Part shown: positions 17,323 to 27,295 of the stretch, piece after piece
How the letters are laid out: each line of letters starts with the position of its first letter
Position numbering within the stretch: position 1 is the stretch's first letter
Assembly (NCBI GenBank): GCA_041661275.1
Contig: JBAZUU010000001.1
Span: 165,057-229,056, forward strand
Direction: 5' to 3'
DNA from: Parcubacteria group bacterium
GTDB lineage: Bacteria > Patescibacteriota > Minisyncoccia > Moranbacterales > UBA2206
DNA: 64,000 bases
Notes under the pieces: generated by a model
Databases searched by the model: none
What the model was told of the DNA's origin: nothing
The model's input: the letters and a program-made list of their open reading frames with translations, nothing else
Program-made: the position numbers and the translations under genes

Positions 17323-17637
17323 TTGTTTGTTAACCCCCCCCGGTATAATTGTTCAAGATGATAAAAAGATGAAGTAGTTTGGTAAAATCTAGTATAGCAC
17401 AGAAAATTTCTCGCGTCTTCTGTTTTTGTGGATAAGGTTGTTGATAAGATGTGTGGATCTCTACGAATTACGAATTTAGTATGAATATATTAATGTTATA
17501 ACCGTTAACCATTTAAAAAGCAAGAGCCGTTTTTTGTTAGTATAGTAGCGGCTAGCAATTAGTAAAGAATTCATTGACTTTTGATACTGCAGCTGGTAGA
17601 ATTTTAAGTAATTGTTAATAACATATTTTTAATTTTT
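17323..17637. promoter_or_regulatory. candidate oriC: DnaA-box cluster and AT-rich region between dnaA and rpmH
   Basis: TGTGGATAA (17427-17435, perfect reverse-complement R box), TGTTGATAA (17439-17447) and TGTGGATCT (17452-17460). AT-rich 17461-17520. rpmH promoter TTGACT-17-TAGAAT at 17575-17603. Confidence 0.6.
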
Positions 17638-17775
17638 ATGAGCCAGACATATCAGCCGAAGAGCAAAAGAAGAAAAAGAAGGCATGGCTTCAGAAAAAGA
17701 AGCCAGACGTCAGGCGGTCAGAACGTTTTGAAAAAAAGAAGAAGAAAGGGTCGGAAAAAACTAACCACAGTGTAA
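17638..17775 (+). CDS. rpmH: 50S ribosomal protein L34
   Basis: 45-aa [48 protein letters not shown]. Not in the ORF track because it is under 60 aa. Confidence 0.85.
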   Translation: MSQTYQPKSKRRKRRHGFRKRSQTSGGQNVLKKRRRKGRKKLTTV

Positions 17776-17787
17776 AAAGCGCAAAAA

Positions 17788-18147
17788 ATGCTTGCACGTC
17801 AATTTAGAATTACAAAAAAGGAGAATTTTGAGATAGTTTACCGCCAAGGAAGGAATTTTTCTTCCGGGGCAATATCCTTGATGGTGCGAGAAAATGGTTT
17901 TGGTTTGACTCGCTTTGGCGTTGTAGCTAGTACCAAATTTTCGAAACATGCCGTCGAAAGGAACCGGATCAAAAGACAAATCAGGGAAATCGTGAGAAAA
18001 AACAAGAAAAAGGTGAGATTAGGACTAGATATTGTCATTAGCGCGCGAAAAGTCGGCTCTAAAACAAAACATTCCAGTTTTGAGCTGGAAGTTGCAATCC
18101 TAGAAAGTTTACGCAGAGCTAAATTAATAAACGAAAAGAAAAACTAA
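17788..18147 (+). CDS. rnpA: RNase P protein component
   Basis: FGLTRFGVVASTKFSKHAVERNRIKRQIRE matches the RnpA RNR motif region. Confidence 0.85.
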   Translation: MLARQFRITKKENFEIVYRQGRNFSSGAISLMVRENGFGLTRFGVVASTKFSKHAVERNRIKRQIREIVRKNKKKVRLGLDIVISARKVGSKTKHSSFELEVAILESLRRAKLINEKKN

Positions 18148-18152
18148 TTATT

Positions 18153-18929
18153 ATGGGAGCGATATTTAATACTTTTATATACCAGCCAATATATAATCTC
18201 CTGGTACTGACATATAATATAGTTCCATTTCATGACTTTGGAATAGCTATTATCATTGTCACGGTGCTTATCAAGCTTGTTCTTGTTCCCTTGAGCAAAA
18301 AACAGATCGAATCACAGAAAAAGATGCAGGAACTTCAGCCGAAGATAAAGGAAACACAGAATAAATACAAGAACGATAAGGAAAAACAGACAAAAGCGCT
18401 TATGGAACTCTACAAAACCCATAAGACTAATCCGTTTTCCGGATGTCTGCCTTTGATTTTCCAATTAGTTTTTTTGATCGCTATTTACAGGGTGCTTTTT
18501 AATATTTCTAATGCGGGATTACGAGTGGACAGCTCGGCGCTGTATTCTTTCGTGGCTAATCCTGGACAAATCAACCAATATTTTTTGGGTATAGTGGATC
18601 TTTCTAAATCTCTAAATCTTGGTCAGTTGACTATCGCCAGCGTGCCGCATATCATTTTGGTGATACTGGCGGCCGGCGCACAATATTATCAGACCAAGAT
18701 GCTTATGGGGAAACAACCAAAGCCGGTGAAGGATAATACCAAGAAAGACCAAAAGGAAGATATCGCGCAGATGATGTCTAAGCAAATGCTTTATATGGGG
18801 CCGCTTCTGACACTGTTTATCGGGATAAAATTTCCGGCTGGGTTAGCTCTTTATTGGTTGGTGTCCACTGCGTTTGCCGTTGCTCAACAGTATCAACTGG
18901 AGAAGAAAAGTCTGGAGCCGGCGAAATAA
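18153..18929 (+). CDS. yidC: membrane protein insertase YidC (short form)
   Basis: 258 aa with the YidC/Oxa1 core including NPFSGCLPLIFQLVFLIAIY. Confidence 0.85.
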   Translation: MGAIFNTFIYQPIYNLLVLTYNIVPFHDFGIAIIIVTVLIKLVLVPLSKKQIESQKKMQELQPKIKETQNKYKNDKEKQTKALMELYKTHKTNPFSGCLPLIFQLVFLIAIYRVLFNISNAGLRVDSSALYSFVANPGQINQYFLGIVDLSKSLNLGQLTIASVPHIILVILAAGAQYYQTKMLMGKQPKPVKDNTKKDQKEDIAQMMSKQMLYMGPLLTLFIGIKFPAGLALYWLVSTAFAVAQQYQLEKKSLEPAK

Positions 18930-18955
18930 AAAAGATAATCGTTTAAATTAAACAT

Positions 18956-19432
18956 ATGGAGCAAAGAAAAGCTACAGGGGAAGAACTCAAGAACAAGATC
19001 GCGGAAATGATGGAGAAAATGGGTTTTGAAGCGGAGATCGAAGTGAAGGCCGGGGAAGAAAAAGATAATTCTTTTATGTGTAACATTCTTACCAAGGATT
19101 CAAATTTTTTGATTGGCCAATACGGGGTCAATCTTCAATCGTTGCAACATATCGCAAGGTTGGTTGTTAAAAAAGGTATTCCAGCGGAAATCAATTTTGT
19201 CCTTGATGTTAATTCCTATCGCCAGGAAAAGAACGAGTCGGTTATAAAAATGGCGAAATCCCTGGCTGAAGAAGCTCTCCTTGAGAAAAGAGCGGTGGTT
19301 ATGCGTCCGATGTCTCCTTATGAGCGGCGAATAGTGCATATGGAGCTGGCCAAAAACGAAAAAATCAAAACTGAAAGTATTGGCGACGGCGATGATAGAC
19401 GCGTGGTCATAAAACCAGCTGATTTAGTGTAA
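18956..19432 (+). CDS. jag: Jag/KhpB R3H RNA-binding protein
   Basis: C-terminal R3H-like RRIVHMEL. Conserved position after yidC. Confidence 0.75.
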   Translation: MEQRKATGEELKNKIAEMMEKMGFEAEIEVKAGEEKDNSFMCNILTKDSNFLIGQYGVNLQSLQHIARLVVKKGIPAEINFVLDVNSYRQEKNESVIKMAKSLAEEALLEKRAVVMRPMSPYERRIVHMELAKNEKIKTESIGDGDDRRVVIKPADLV

Positions 19433-19561
19433 GTTATTTTGGAAATTGGTTGAATAGAAATTGGAAATTAGTTTAAGAGAATAGAAATTAGAAAATGGAA
19501 TTTCTACTTTCTAATTTCTTCTTTCCTGAACCACTTTCTGTTTTCCAATCAACTATTTTCT

Positions 19562-21007
19562 ATGAAGGTAGCTAGAAAAATTGCCTACAATGTGGCGGCG
19601 AGCACCGTTTGCAAAATACTTTCCACGGTGCTAGCGCTAGTGTCTATCGGGATCATCACCCGATATCTTGGGCAAAAAGGCTTTGGCGACTACGCGACAG
19701 TACTTGCCTTCTTCTCCCTTTTTGCCGCCCTTTCCGATCTGGGGCTCTACTCTATTTCCACTCGGGAAATTTCTCGTGAGGGCGCCGATGAAACCAAGAT
19801 CATGGGCAATATGTTTTCTTTGCGCATCCTGTCCTCTTTGGTTGTTCTTATTCTTGCTCCAGCTATAGTCTATTTTTTCCCTTATTCTCCGGAAGTAAAA
19901 GGCGGCATCATCATCGCGGCCGGATCATATGTTTTTTCCTGCGCCTACCAGATTCTAAACGGTGTTTTTCAAAAAAACCTGGCAATGGACAAGGTGGCCT
20001 TTTCAGAAACACTGGGAAAAGCTCTGCAGGTGATATTGGTAATAATGGCTGTAAAATATGATTTGGGATTTGTCTGGATAATATGGGCGCTTTTTTTCTA
20101 TATGGTGTTCAGCTTCGCTCTGGTTTTTTGGTGGTCGCGCCGATATATAAAAATCAGGCCGCAATTCGATTTTTCTTATTGGAAAAAATTTCTCAAAGAA
20201 TCCTACCCGATAGGCATCGCGGCTGTCATTTCTTTCCTTTATTTCAAAATGGACACTATTCTTCTTTCGGTAATGAGGAGTAGCTCGGATGTGGGGATAT
20301 ATAACGCCGCCTATAAAGTTGTTGAAAACATTACTTTTTTTCCGGGAATGATCATGGGACTTATTTTCCCCATTATGTCGCACAGCATCTTCACTGATAA
20401 GGCCAGGTTTTTGGAAATTTCTAATAAAACTTTTAAAGTATTCTTTTTGGTAGTCGTTCCTCTTATTGTCGGGACGCTTTTTCTTTCGGAAGGTGTTATC
20501 AACCTTATTGGTGGAGCCGGTTTTACTGAATCGTCCGCAGTTTTGGAAATCCTGGTTTTTTCTCTGGCGCTCATATTTTTTGGCAATTTTTATAACTCCA
20601 TTTTGATTGCTGGAAACTTGCAAAAAAAATTAATGTTTGTTTTAGGAGCGGCAGCTGTTTTTAATTTTTCTATCAACTATTTTTTCGCTATCCCACAGTT
20701 TTCCTATACGGGAGCGGCGGTTGTTTCGGTTATGACGCAGCTTATCGTTACTGGCGGAACCTTCTATCTGGCGGCGAAAGAATTAAAATATCTTCCTTCC
20801 ATGGAGTCGGTTGGCGCGATAATTTTGTCTGGTCTGGCCATGGCTGCTTCCCTTTATGTTCTTCGGGGGCAAAACTTCTTCTTGGCGGGATTTTTAAGCG
20901 TAGTAGTTTATGCTTTTTTCTTGTGGTTATTTAAGGCGATAAAAACTGAAGAAATAACCAGCATTATAAGTCGAAGGGGTGTGGAGGAATATGAGCAAAT
21001 ATCCTAA
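19562..21007 (+). CDS. polysaccharide/oligosaccharide flippase (Wzx/MOP superfamily)
   Basis: 481 aa, about 12-14 TM helices, with the typical N-terminal pattern KILSTVLALVSIGIITRYLG. Confidence 0.7.
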   Translation: MKVARKIAYNVAASTVCKILSTVLALVSIGIITRYLGQKGFGDYATVLAFFSLFAALSDLGLYSISTREISREGADETKIMGNMFSLRILSSLVVLILAPAIVYFFPYSPEVKGGIIIAAGSYVFSCAYQILNGVFQKNLAMDKVAFSETLGKALQVILVIMAVKYDLGFVWIIWALFFYMVFSFALVFWWSRRYIKIRPQFDFSYWKKFLKESYPIGIAAVISFLYFKMDTILLSVMRSSSDVGIYNAAYKVVENITFFPGMIMGLIFPIMSHSIFTDKARFLEISNKTFKVFFLVVVPLIVGTLFLSEGVINLIGGAGFTESSAVLEILVFSLALIFFGNFYNSILIAGNLQKKLMFVLGAAAVFNFSINYFFAIPQFSYTGAAVVSVMTQLIVTGGTFYLAAKELKYLPSMESVGAIILSGLAMAASLYVLRGQNFFLAGFLSVVVYAFFLWLFKAIKTEEITSIISRRGVEEYEQIS

Positions 21008-21851
21008 AATATTTATCTTGGTTCTAAATTATAACGGCGCCGCTTGCATTGGCGCCTGTTTAAATAGTATTTTTAAGATCAATTATCCTAATTTTGAAGT
21101 GGTGGTAGTGGATAATGCCTCTACTGACGGATCGTTGGAATTGGCGCGACGACAATTTTCCCGATGTCATTTTATAAAAAATGAATCTAATATCGGATTT
21201 TCGGCCGGAAATAATGTGGGGATAAAATTTGCTTTGGAAAGGATGGCCGACTGGATACTTCTTCTTAATCAAGACACGCTAGTTTTCGAAAATTTTTTAG
21301 ATAAACTTTTGGAAGCGGCTCACGACGATCCGCAAGCCGGGATATTAAGTCCGGTGATAATGTCTGATTCCAAAAAAATCTGGTTTTCTGGCGGAAAAAT
21401 CGATTGGTGGAAAATGAGAACGACGCATCTGCGCTATATCAAGCGGACGTTGCCTTATGAAACGGAATTTATTTCCGGCTGCGCGATGTTTATCCGGTCA
21501 AATGTTTTCAGGCAGACGGGGCTTTTGGATGAGGATTTTTTTCTCTATTGGGAAGATGCTGACTTTAGTTTTCGAGCTAAAAAAGACGGTTTTTCTTTGC
21601 TTGTTGTTCCCGAAAGCCGCATCATACATCTGGAAAAGAGTGAAGAAAAAAAGGAAAGCAAGGTTTATTGGCTGGTCATCTCCGGTCTTATGTTTTTTCA
21701 GAAAAATTCATCAGGTCTTTTAAGATGGTGGCTAAAAATATATTATCAGTTAAGAAAAATAAAAAATTGGCGGGACATTAAGAACGGCAAAAATCAATTG
21801 GCGCTAGCGGTGAAAAGAGCTTATGATGATTTTGATAAATACGCCAAATAA
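20991..21851 (+). CDS. family 2 glycosyltransferase
   Basis: IFILVLNYNGAACIGACL...VVVVDNASTDGS and the DxD region. Confidence 0.8.
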   Translation: MSKYPKIFILVLNYNGAACIGACLNSIFKINYPNFEVVVVDNASTDGSLELARRQFSRCHFIKNESNIGFSAGNNVGIKFALERMADWILLLNQDTLVFENFLDKLLEAAHDDPQAGILSPVIMSDSKKIWFSGGKIDWWKMRTTHLRYIKRTLPYETEFISGCAMFIRSNVFRQTGLLDEDFFLYWEDADFSFRAKKDGFSLLVVPESRIIHLEKSEEKKESKVYWLVISGLMFFQKNSSGLLRWWLKIYYQLRKIKNWRDIKNGKNQLALAVKRAYDDFDKYAK

Positions 21852-21852
21852 T

Positions 21853-22632
21853 ATGGTTAAACTTTCTATCATTATTGTTAATTTCAGAAGCGCTCACTTA
21901 TTGCCAGAGTGCCTTTTTTCCATTCGGGAAAAAATATTAAATAGGGCTGATAGTGAAATAATTATTGTTAATAATGATGCTTGCGAAAACTTGGAAAACA
22001 TCAAGGAAAAATTTCCAGAAGTGATTATTATTGATAATGAAAAAAATGTTGGTTATGGTCAGGCGTGTAACATCGGAGCAAAAGTAGCCGGCGGAGAAAT
22101 TCTGTTATTTCTTAATCCGGATACAAAAATATTATCTGATAATATTTCCGAAGTGCTGAATTTATCGAATAGTAAAAGCGTAGCGATTATTGGTAGTGGG
22201 TTAGTCACAGAAGATGGCGAAAGTCAAAAATGGTGTGCCGGAGAGGATATCAATATCTGGAATCTAGTGAAAAATAATTTGGGGCTGGCTGGCGATAACA
22301 AGATTATAAATAGCAAAAAACCATTGGAAGTGGCTTGGGTGACGGGCGCGGCAATGTTCGTTAAAAAGGATATTTTTGAAGCGTTGAGCGGGTTTGACGG
22401 GAAATTTTTTATGTATTTTGAGGATGTGGATCTCTGTAAAAGAATAAAAATAGCAGGATATAAAATAGTTTACAATCCCCTTTTCCAAGTGTTTCACCGC
22501 GGTGGAGAAAGTCATTTGGAAAAAAAGGAACAAAAAGAAAATTATTATACTTCGCAGGAATATTATTTTAAAAAGCATTGTGGAGCTATCCAGGCAGCGC
22601 TTTTGAAAATATTGAGAAAAATTTTTATTTAA
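21853..22632 (+). CDS. family 2 glycosyltransferase
   Basis: LSIIIVNFRSAHLLPECL...IIIVNNDA. The ATG at 21853 follows the previous stop directly. Confidence 0.75.
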   Translation: MVKLSIIIVNFRSAHLLPECLFSIREKILNRADSEIIIVNNDACENLENIKEKFPEVIIIDNEKNVGYGQACNIGAKVAGGEILLFLNPDTKILSDNISEVLNLSNSKSVAIIGSGLVTEDGESQKWCAGEDINIWNLVKNNLGLAGDNKIINSKKPLEVAWVTGAAMFVKKDIFEALSGFDGKFFMYFEDVDLCKRIKIAGYKIVYNPLFQVFHRGGESHLEKKEQKENYYTSQEYYFKKHCGAIQAALLKILRKIFI

Positions 22633-22660
22633 GCGTCGCGTCCGTCATGACGAGCATGGT

Positions 22661-23077
22661 TTATTTCTCCATCATAATCCGGGCGAATTCGCCGGGTTTT
22701 TTGTTTCGGGAAAGTTTTTCCATGGGACATATATCATCACCAAGCCTATTCATTATTTTTCCGGTGGTTTTCAAATACTCAATTTTAATATTATATTTTT
22801 TAAATTTGGCTATAGCTGCGCGAGAAATGGTTGGCGTCATGACTGATTTTACTTTTCCATAAATCATGAGGCATGCGGCGGCGCGGCCGACAATTTTATC
22901 ATAAACAACAGCATTTTGCAGGGAACAATAATTATTGTTCCCTACTGATCTATTTTTCAGGCAAAAAAGAAGGGGTTTCAATCCTTCTTTTTTTGATCGA
23001 TAAACAATTTTACCGTTTTTCATGAGGACAAAAGTCCAATTTGATTTTTGAAAATATGCAAGATTATATTTTTTCAT
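22661..23077 (-). CDS. DUF1893-like protein
   Basis: VVYDKIVGRAAACLMIYGKV and a C-terminal DDICPMEK resemble the TM1506/DUF1893 family. Confidence 0.35.
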   Translation of the reverse strand: MKKYNLAYFQKSNWTFVLMKNGKIVYRSKKEGLKPLLFCLKNRSVGNNNYCSLQNAVVYDKIVGRAAACLMIYGKVKSVMTPTISRAAIAKFKKYNIKIEYLKTTGKIMNRLGDDICPMEKLSRNKKPGEFARIMMEK

Positions 23078-23597
23078 CCGAGATATATTTTTTCAGCGAT
23101 TTATAAATCAGTGGGATTAGAATTAATTGAATAGCGATTCCGATTACTCCGGCATAAGCTGCAGACAAAACATAGGCAATGGCGGATATTTTTATTGGTA
23201 AGATGGCAATGGTGGTCAAAAGCATTATTCTGCCTAAAACCATAGCGCTGGCAACAGACAAAATAATATTCCACTTTCGGGTTTTATAAAAATATCCGGC
23301 TAAAATTCCATAAAGAGCTGTTTCTGTAATAATTAGTGGAAGAATGATAATTAAGGGCATGCCAGTAAGTGAGTAACTGATAAGTGGTGCGAGCAGCCCG
23401 ACAGCTAGTCCTGCTCGCCAACCCAAAAGAAGAGCGGCCACGAAGACAAAAAGATGCATAGGAAGAAATAGTCTTCCGGCCGCTGGCCCGGCAACGACGT
23501 GCAATAGCATAGGCGTAACTACTGAAAGAGCGGTGAATGCGGCGACAAAAGCAATAGTTTTGACATTTATATTTTTCAATGTGTGTGTCGCGAACAT
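23064..23597 (-). CDS. small polytopic membrane protein, ECF-transporter S-component-like
   Basis: 177 aa with 5-6 TM helices. Overlaps the DUF1893 gene. Confidence 0.4.
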   Translation of the reverse strand: MFATHTLKNINVKTIAFVAAFTALSVVTPMLLHVVAGPAAGRLFLPMHLFVFVAALLLGWRAGLAVGLLAPLISYSLTGMPLIIILPLIITETALYGILAGYFYKTRKWNIILSVASAMVLGRIMLLTTIAILPIKISAIAYVLSAAYAGVIGIAIQLILIPLIYKSLKKYISDEKI

Positions 23598-23803
23598 AAA
23601 TTTATGCGAGATTATTTTTTAATATATTTATGATAGTCCTTTTCTTTATGTATGGCAATACTTTTGCACGCATACTTTAGTTGACATATGCTCTTTCTTG
23701 CCGTAAATTAGGAAAACAGAAGGAGCAGTTCCTTGACGTAAAAATATAGGAAATTGAAGTTTCCTTTTTTGATTTGGACAACTTTTGGGAGGAGAGGAAA
23801 AAA

Positions 23804-25162
23804 ATGAGTAAAGTCATGATCATTGGAGCGACTGGCGGAGTTGGATCGGTGGTAACTCAAAAATGCAGCCGATCGGAAACTATTTCGGAAATCGTGGGGG
23901 TAAATACAAATCCTCAAAAGTACGGAGAGCTTAATAAGCTTCTTGAGGAGCCCATTGACGGGCGGTCGGTGGATGTTTCTGATTTTGACCAGATACATGG
24001 GTTGATAAAGGAAACTAAGCCAGATCTGGTTCTCCACATTGGCCTACCTTACCACAATTTGATCATAATGGAGGCCTGTTATCAGGCTGGAGTTTGCTAT
24101 CTCGATACGGCCAATTATGAGCCAGAATGGGATCATCATCTGCGTTACGATGAGCAGTGGGAGTTTTTTGAAAAATTCAGATCCAGGGCTATCACAGCTC
24201 TCCTTGGAAGTGGGTTTGATCCTGGCGTTACAAATGTCTTCTGCGCTTACGCGCTCAAGAATTATTTTCGGGAGATTCATACGATTGACATCATGGATTG
24301 CAATGGTGGCGATCATGGCAAGGCCTTTGCTTCCAATTTCAATTTGGTCGTTAATCTTTGCGAGTTTCTTTTCAACCGGTACTGCTACTGGCAAAACGGA
24401 AGATGGGTTGTACACATGCCGCTCTGGTCACCGAAGGCCATTCATCAGACGTTTGATTTTGACGGTATCGGATCGCGGGAAATGTATGCCATTTTCCACG
24501 AGGAGATGGATTCGCTTCGGCTCTACATTCCAGGTGTCAAAAGAATGCGTTTTTGGATGACATTCGGAAAGTCCTATCTCGAACATCTACGGATGTTTAT
24601 GGATTTGGGACTGGCGTCGATTCAGAAATGGAGGCCGGCCTGCTCAGAAATCTCGCCAAGATCATTTCTGGAAATGCTGCTGCATGACACCAGAACAATC
24701 CGAGCGAAAATCAAGAAATACCAGCATCTGCTCGAGCCTATCGGAATGCTTTCTGAAAAGCCGATAAAACTTGACGAGGGCAAGACGATTTCTCCGCTGG
24801 AATTTCTGCAAAAGGTTCTCCCGGCACCGTCAAGCCTCGGCGAAAACTACACCGGAAAGACCAATATCGGAGTTCGCTTCGAGGGCATATCCAAAAGCGG
24901 AAATCCGATGAAATACTATATTTACAACATCTGCGATCATCACGACGACGCGTACGTAGATTGCAAGGCACAAGCGGTGTCGTATACAACAGGTGTGCCG
25001 GCGATGGTTGGAGCAGAAATGATCCTTCAAGGCAAATGGCAGGGTCGTGGCGTTTTTCATCCGGAGCAATTTGATCCCGACCCGTTTATGTATGAGCTCG
25101 GTCATTGGGGATTGCCGTACATTCAGAAATTCGATGACGAAGTCCCTGATCTCAAGTTCTAA
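23804..25162 (+). CDS. saccharopine dehydrogenase-family NAD(P)-binding protein (carboxynorspermidine dehydrogenase-like)
   Basis: The Rossmann N-terminus MSKVMIIGATGGVGSVV. Local GC is about 49%, against about 35% in flanking genes. Confidence 0.65.
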   Translation: MSKVMIIGATGGVGSVVTQKCSRSETISEIVGVNTNPQKYGELNKLLEEPIDGRSVDVSDFDQIHGLIKETKPDLVLHIGLPYHNLIIMEACYQAGVCYLDTANYEPEWDHHLRYDEQWEFFEKFRSRAITALLGSGFDPGVTNVFCAYALKNYFREIHTIDIMDCNGGDHGKAFASNFNLVVNLCEFLFNRYCYWQNGRWVVHMPLWSPKAIHQTFDFDGIGSREMYAIFHEEMDSLRLYIPGVKRMRFWMTFGKSYLEHLRMFMDLGLASIQKWRPACSEISPRSFLEMLLHDTRTIRAKIKKYQHLLEPIGMLSEKPIKLDEGKTISPLEFLQKVLPAPSSLGENYTGKTNIGVRFEGISKSGNPMKYYIYNICDHHDDAYVDCKAQAVSYTTGVPAMVGAEMILQGKWQGRGVFHPEQFDPDPFMYELGHWGLPYIQKFDDEVPDLKF

Positions 25163-25185
25163 ATCAGAAATATTTCAACTTTAAA

Positions 25186-25233
25186 AGCCGGGAGGAAAAC
25201 GAGACACGAGTCTCTGATCCTCCCGGCTTTTTC
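25186..25233. terminator. bidirectional rho-independent terminator between convergent genes
   Basis: agccgggagg ... cctcccggct forms a 10-bp GC stem with T5 on the plus strand and A4 upstream. The loop contains gagac-acga-gtctc. Confidence 0.6.
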
Positions 25234-25245
25234 TATTTTTCAAAG

Positions 25246-26118
25246 TTATAAGATATTTTTGATTATATTATAAACCAATTTTGCGGCCATGAAATTAGGA
25301 GCGTGGAGGCCGGGAATAGGCATCAGTTCGACAACGTCCGCGCCGACAATATTGACCTGCTTTGATATTTTTTCTATGAAATTTATGGTTTCGTGCCAAT
25401 AGAGTCCGCCCGGCTCCGGAGTGCCGGTTGAGGGCATAATGGACGGATCAAAAGCATCCACGTCAAAGGTCAAATATACATTTTTCGTCAGATTTTTTCT
25501 TGCTTTCTCCACCGGTGGCAGTCCTGGCGCGGGGAATATTGCAGGTCTTTCTTTTTTTATATAATCCCTGACTTCCGGATTAAAATTACGTATGCCGATA
25601 GAAACGGTTTTAATTTTTTCTTCTCTAATCCTTCTTATCACGCAAGCGTGGGAAAATTTTGATCCCTCCCACTGATCCATAAGGTCGGTGTGAGCGTCAA
25701 AATGCAAAACGGATAAATCCTTATAGTTCTTTTTCAAAGCGCGGACAGCGCCGAGAGTGATGGAATGTTCCCCGCCAAGCATAAGCGGAATTTTTTTGTA
25801 TTTTAATATTTCATTTTCAATGGCCTGTTCCACTCCTTCTATAGCTTCCTCGGCCGAATTACAAGTCGGAATAACTTTATCCAGAGTGTAAATATCCGTT
25901 GCCTTAAAATCCAAAAGATTAACTCCGGTTTCGTCCGGTTCAATTTCATCTAAAAAACAAGAGGCGCTGATTATTTCTTCGCCTCCTTCTTTGGTTCCGG
26001 ATTTATAGGACGAAGTGGCATCGTAGCTTACCGGAATAATAACTATTTTTGATTTTTGGAAATCCTGATTTTCAATAGCACCGAAATTATGCGGCCAGGT
26101 CTCGTATAATTTTTTCAT
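25246..26118 (-). CDS. speB: agmatinase/arginase-family ureohydrolase
   Basis: The manganese-binding motifs GGEHSIT, DAHTD and a DVDAFDP...GTPEPGGL-type segment. Confidence 0.8.
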   Translation of the reverse strand: MKKLYETWPHNFGAIENQDFQKSKIVIIPVSYDATSSYKSGTKEGGEEIISASCFLDEIEPDETGVNLLDFKATDIYTLDKVIPTCNSAEEAIEGVEQAIENEILKYKKIPLMLGGEHSITLGAVRALKKNYKDLSVLHFDAHTDLMDQWEGSKFSHACVIRRIREEKIKTVSIGIRNFNPEVRDYIKKERPAIFPAPGLPPVEKARKNLTKNVYLTFDVDAFDPSIMPSTGTPEPGGLYWHETINFIEKISKQVNIVGADVVELMPIPGLHAPNFMAAKLVYNIIKNIL

Positions 26119-27179
26119 TTCCTTTTCTTATTTTTCCTGTTTTTCTTAATTCGCTGCATAACAGCCTTTAGAATTATTGGCCAGGCTATTGTCGCGTCAG
26201 CCATAACTTCAGTGGTCTTCCCGCCCTCTTTTCGCGGGACGAATTTTCCCCAGGAAACTCCTTCGGAATAGGTACAGCCGGAAAGGCCGCCCCAATGCAC
26301 CGGTTCGGGGCAAATCCTCACCCCGTATTTATAGCGGAACGCTTTTCCTGTATCACCCAATCTTTTTTCTAGATAATCAAGATATGGTCCGACTTGTTGC
26401 GCCCAATTTCTTGGCACTCCTCCGCCGATAGTGAATATTCCGGCTTGTTTTTTTTCTTGCATAAGATCGGCGAAATGTTCCAGGTCAATAAATGGATTAT
26501 ATTGAAAGAGTTCTTTTCCTTCTCGCGCTCTCACTCGGTTGGTGGTAGCAAAATCCAGTCCCAATTCGGAGTCAGTGAAAGCGGGAATGTAGATCGGAAT
26601 TCCTTTTTTGTAAGCGCTGATCAAGATTCCCCGGCCGCCCATTTTTTTCGATATACTTTTCCCCAGATGCTGGCATAGGGTGCGACTAGAAAGGACTTCT
26701 TTGGGATCAAGTTCATCAAGCATGTCATAAACCATTAAATCCAGATCGTCCAGATTTTTTTCCAACTCCAAAACATCATAAATACGGTTATAACCTTTTT
26801 TATAAAGCTCAGCGTCGGTTGATTGCCCTTCTTTGTATTTAAAGTGGGTCATCCCTGTTGCTTCGATCATGCCGTGCGTCATCAGTGCGCCAGTGCTGAC
26901 CATGGCGTTAATCATGCCTTGGTCGATCATATCGCAAATAAGTAGACCCATCTTGGCCGGTGTCATAGCGCCGGAAAAAGTTCCGACCACGAAACAATCT
27001 GGATCCATGACCATTTCATAAAGTGTATCAACCGCCTCTCCCAATCTTCGACCGCCGAAACCAGTCATGCTCATGGCCTTGGCCAGTTCGTCAAAATCTT
27101 TGACTTTATTCAAATCCAGGGACTGGAGAGGTTCAAAGCCATCGCAGATTCCGTCAGAATAATTTTTTTGCTTTCTCAT
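26115..27179 (-). CDS. deoxyhypusine synthase-like protein (homospermidine/aminopropyl transferase-like)
   Basis: The DHS-family pattern ...GGGVPRNWAQQV... with NAD-binding stretches. Overlaps speB by 4 bp. Confidence 0.7.
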   Translation of the reverse strand: MRKQKNYSDGICDGFEPLQSLDLNKVKDFDELAKAMSMTGFGGRRLGEAVDTLYEMVMDPDCFVVGTFSGAMTPAKMGLLICDMIDQGMINAMVSTGALMTHGMIEATGMTHFKYKEGQSTDAELYKKGYNRIYDVLELEKNLDDLDLMVYDMLDELDPKEVLSSRTLCQHLGKSISKKMGGRGILISAYKKGIPIYIPAFTDSELGLDFATTNRVRAREGKELFQYNPFIDLEHFADLMQEKKQAGIFTIGGGVPRNWAQQVGPYLDYLEKRLGDTGKAFRYKYGVRICPEPVHWGGLSGCTYSEGVSWGKFVPRKEGGKTTEVMADATIAWPIILKAVMQRIKKNRKNKKRK

Positions 27180-27295
27180 CAGGCTATCACTAAATTATTA
27201 TTTCGCAATAATTTAATTTTACTCCCATTGCCCTTTATTTGTAAAGGTTTGTTTATTGGTGTGGGCTATGATATATTGAAAAAAATATAGAATCT

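Noticed and set aside
22633-22660. gcgtccgtcatgacgagc, a back-to-back pair of family 1 TIR-like halves in the 28-bp gap after the GT2 gene, possibly an empty-site or excision footprint.
   Set aside because: Only about 7 bp per half match the TIR consensus, and it could be a chance palindrome (cgtcatgacg).
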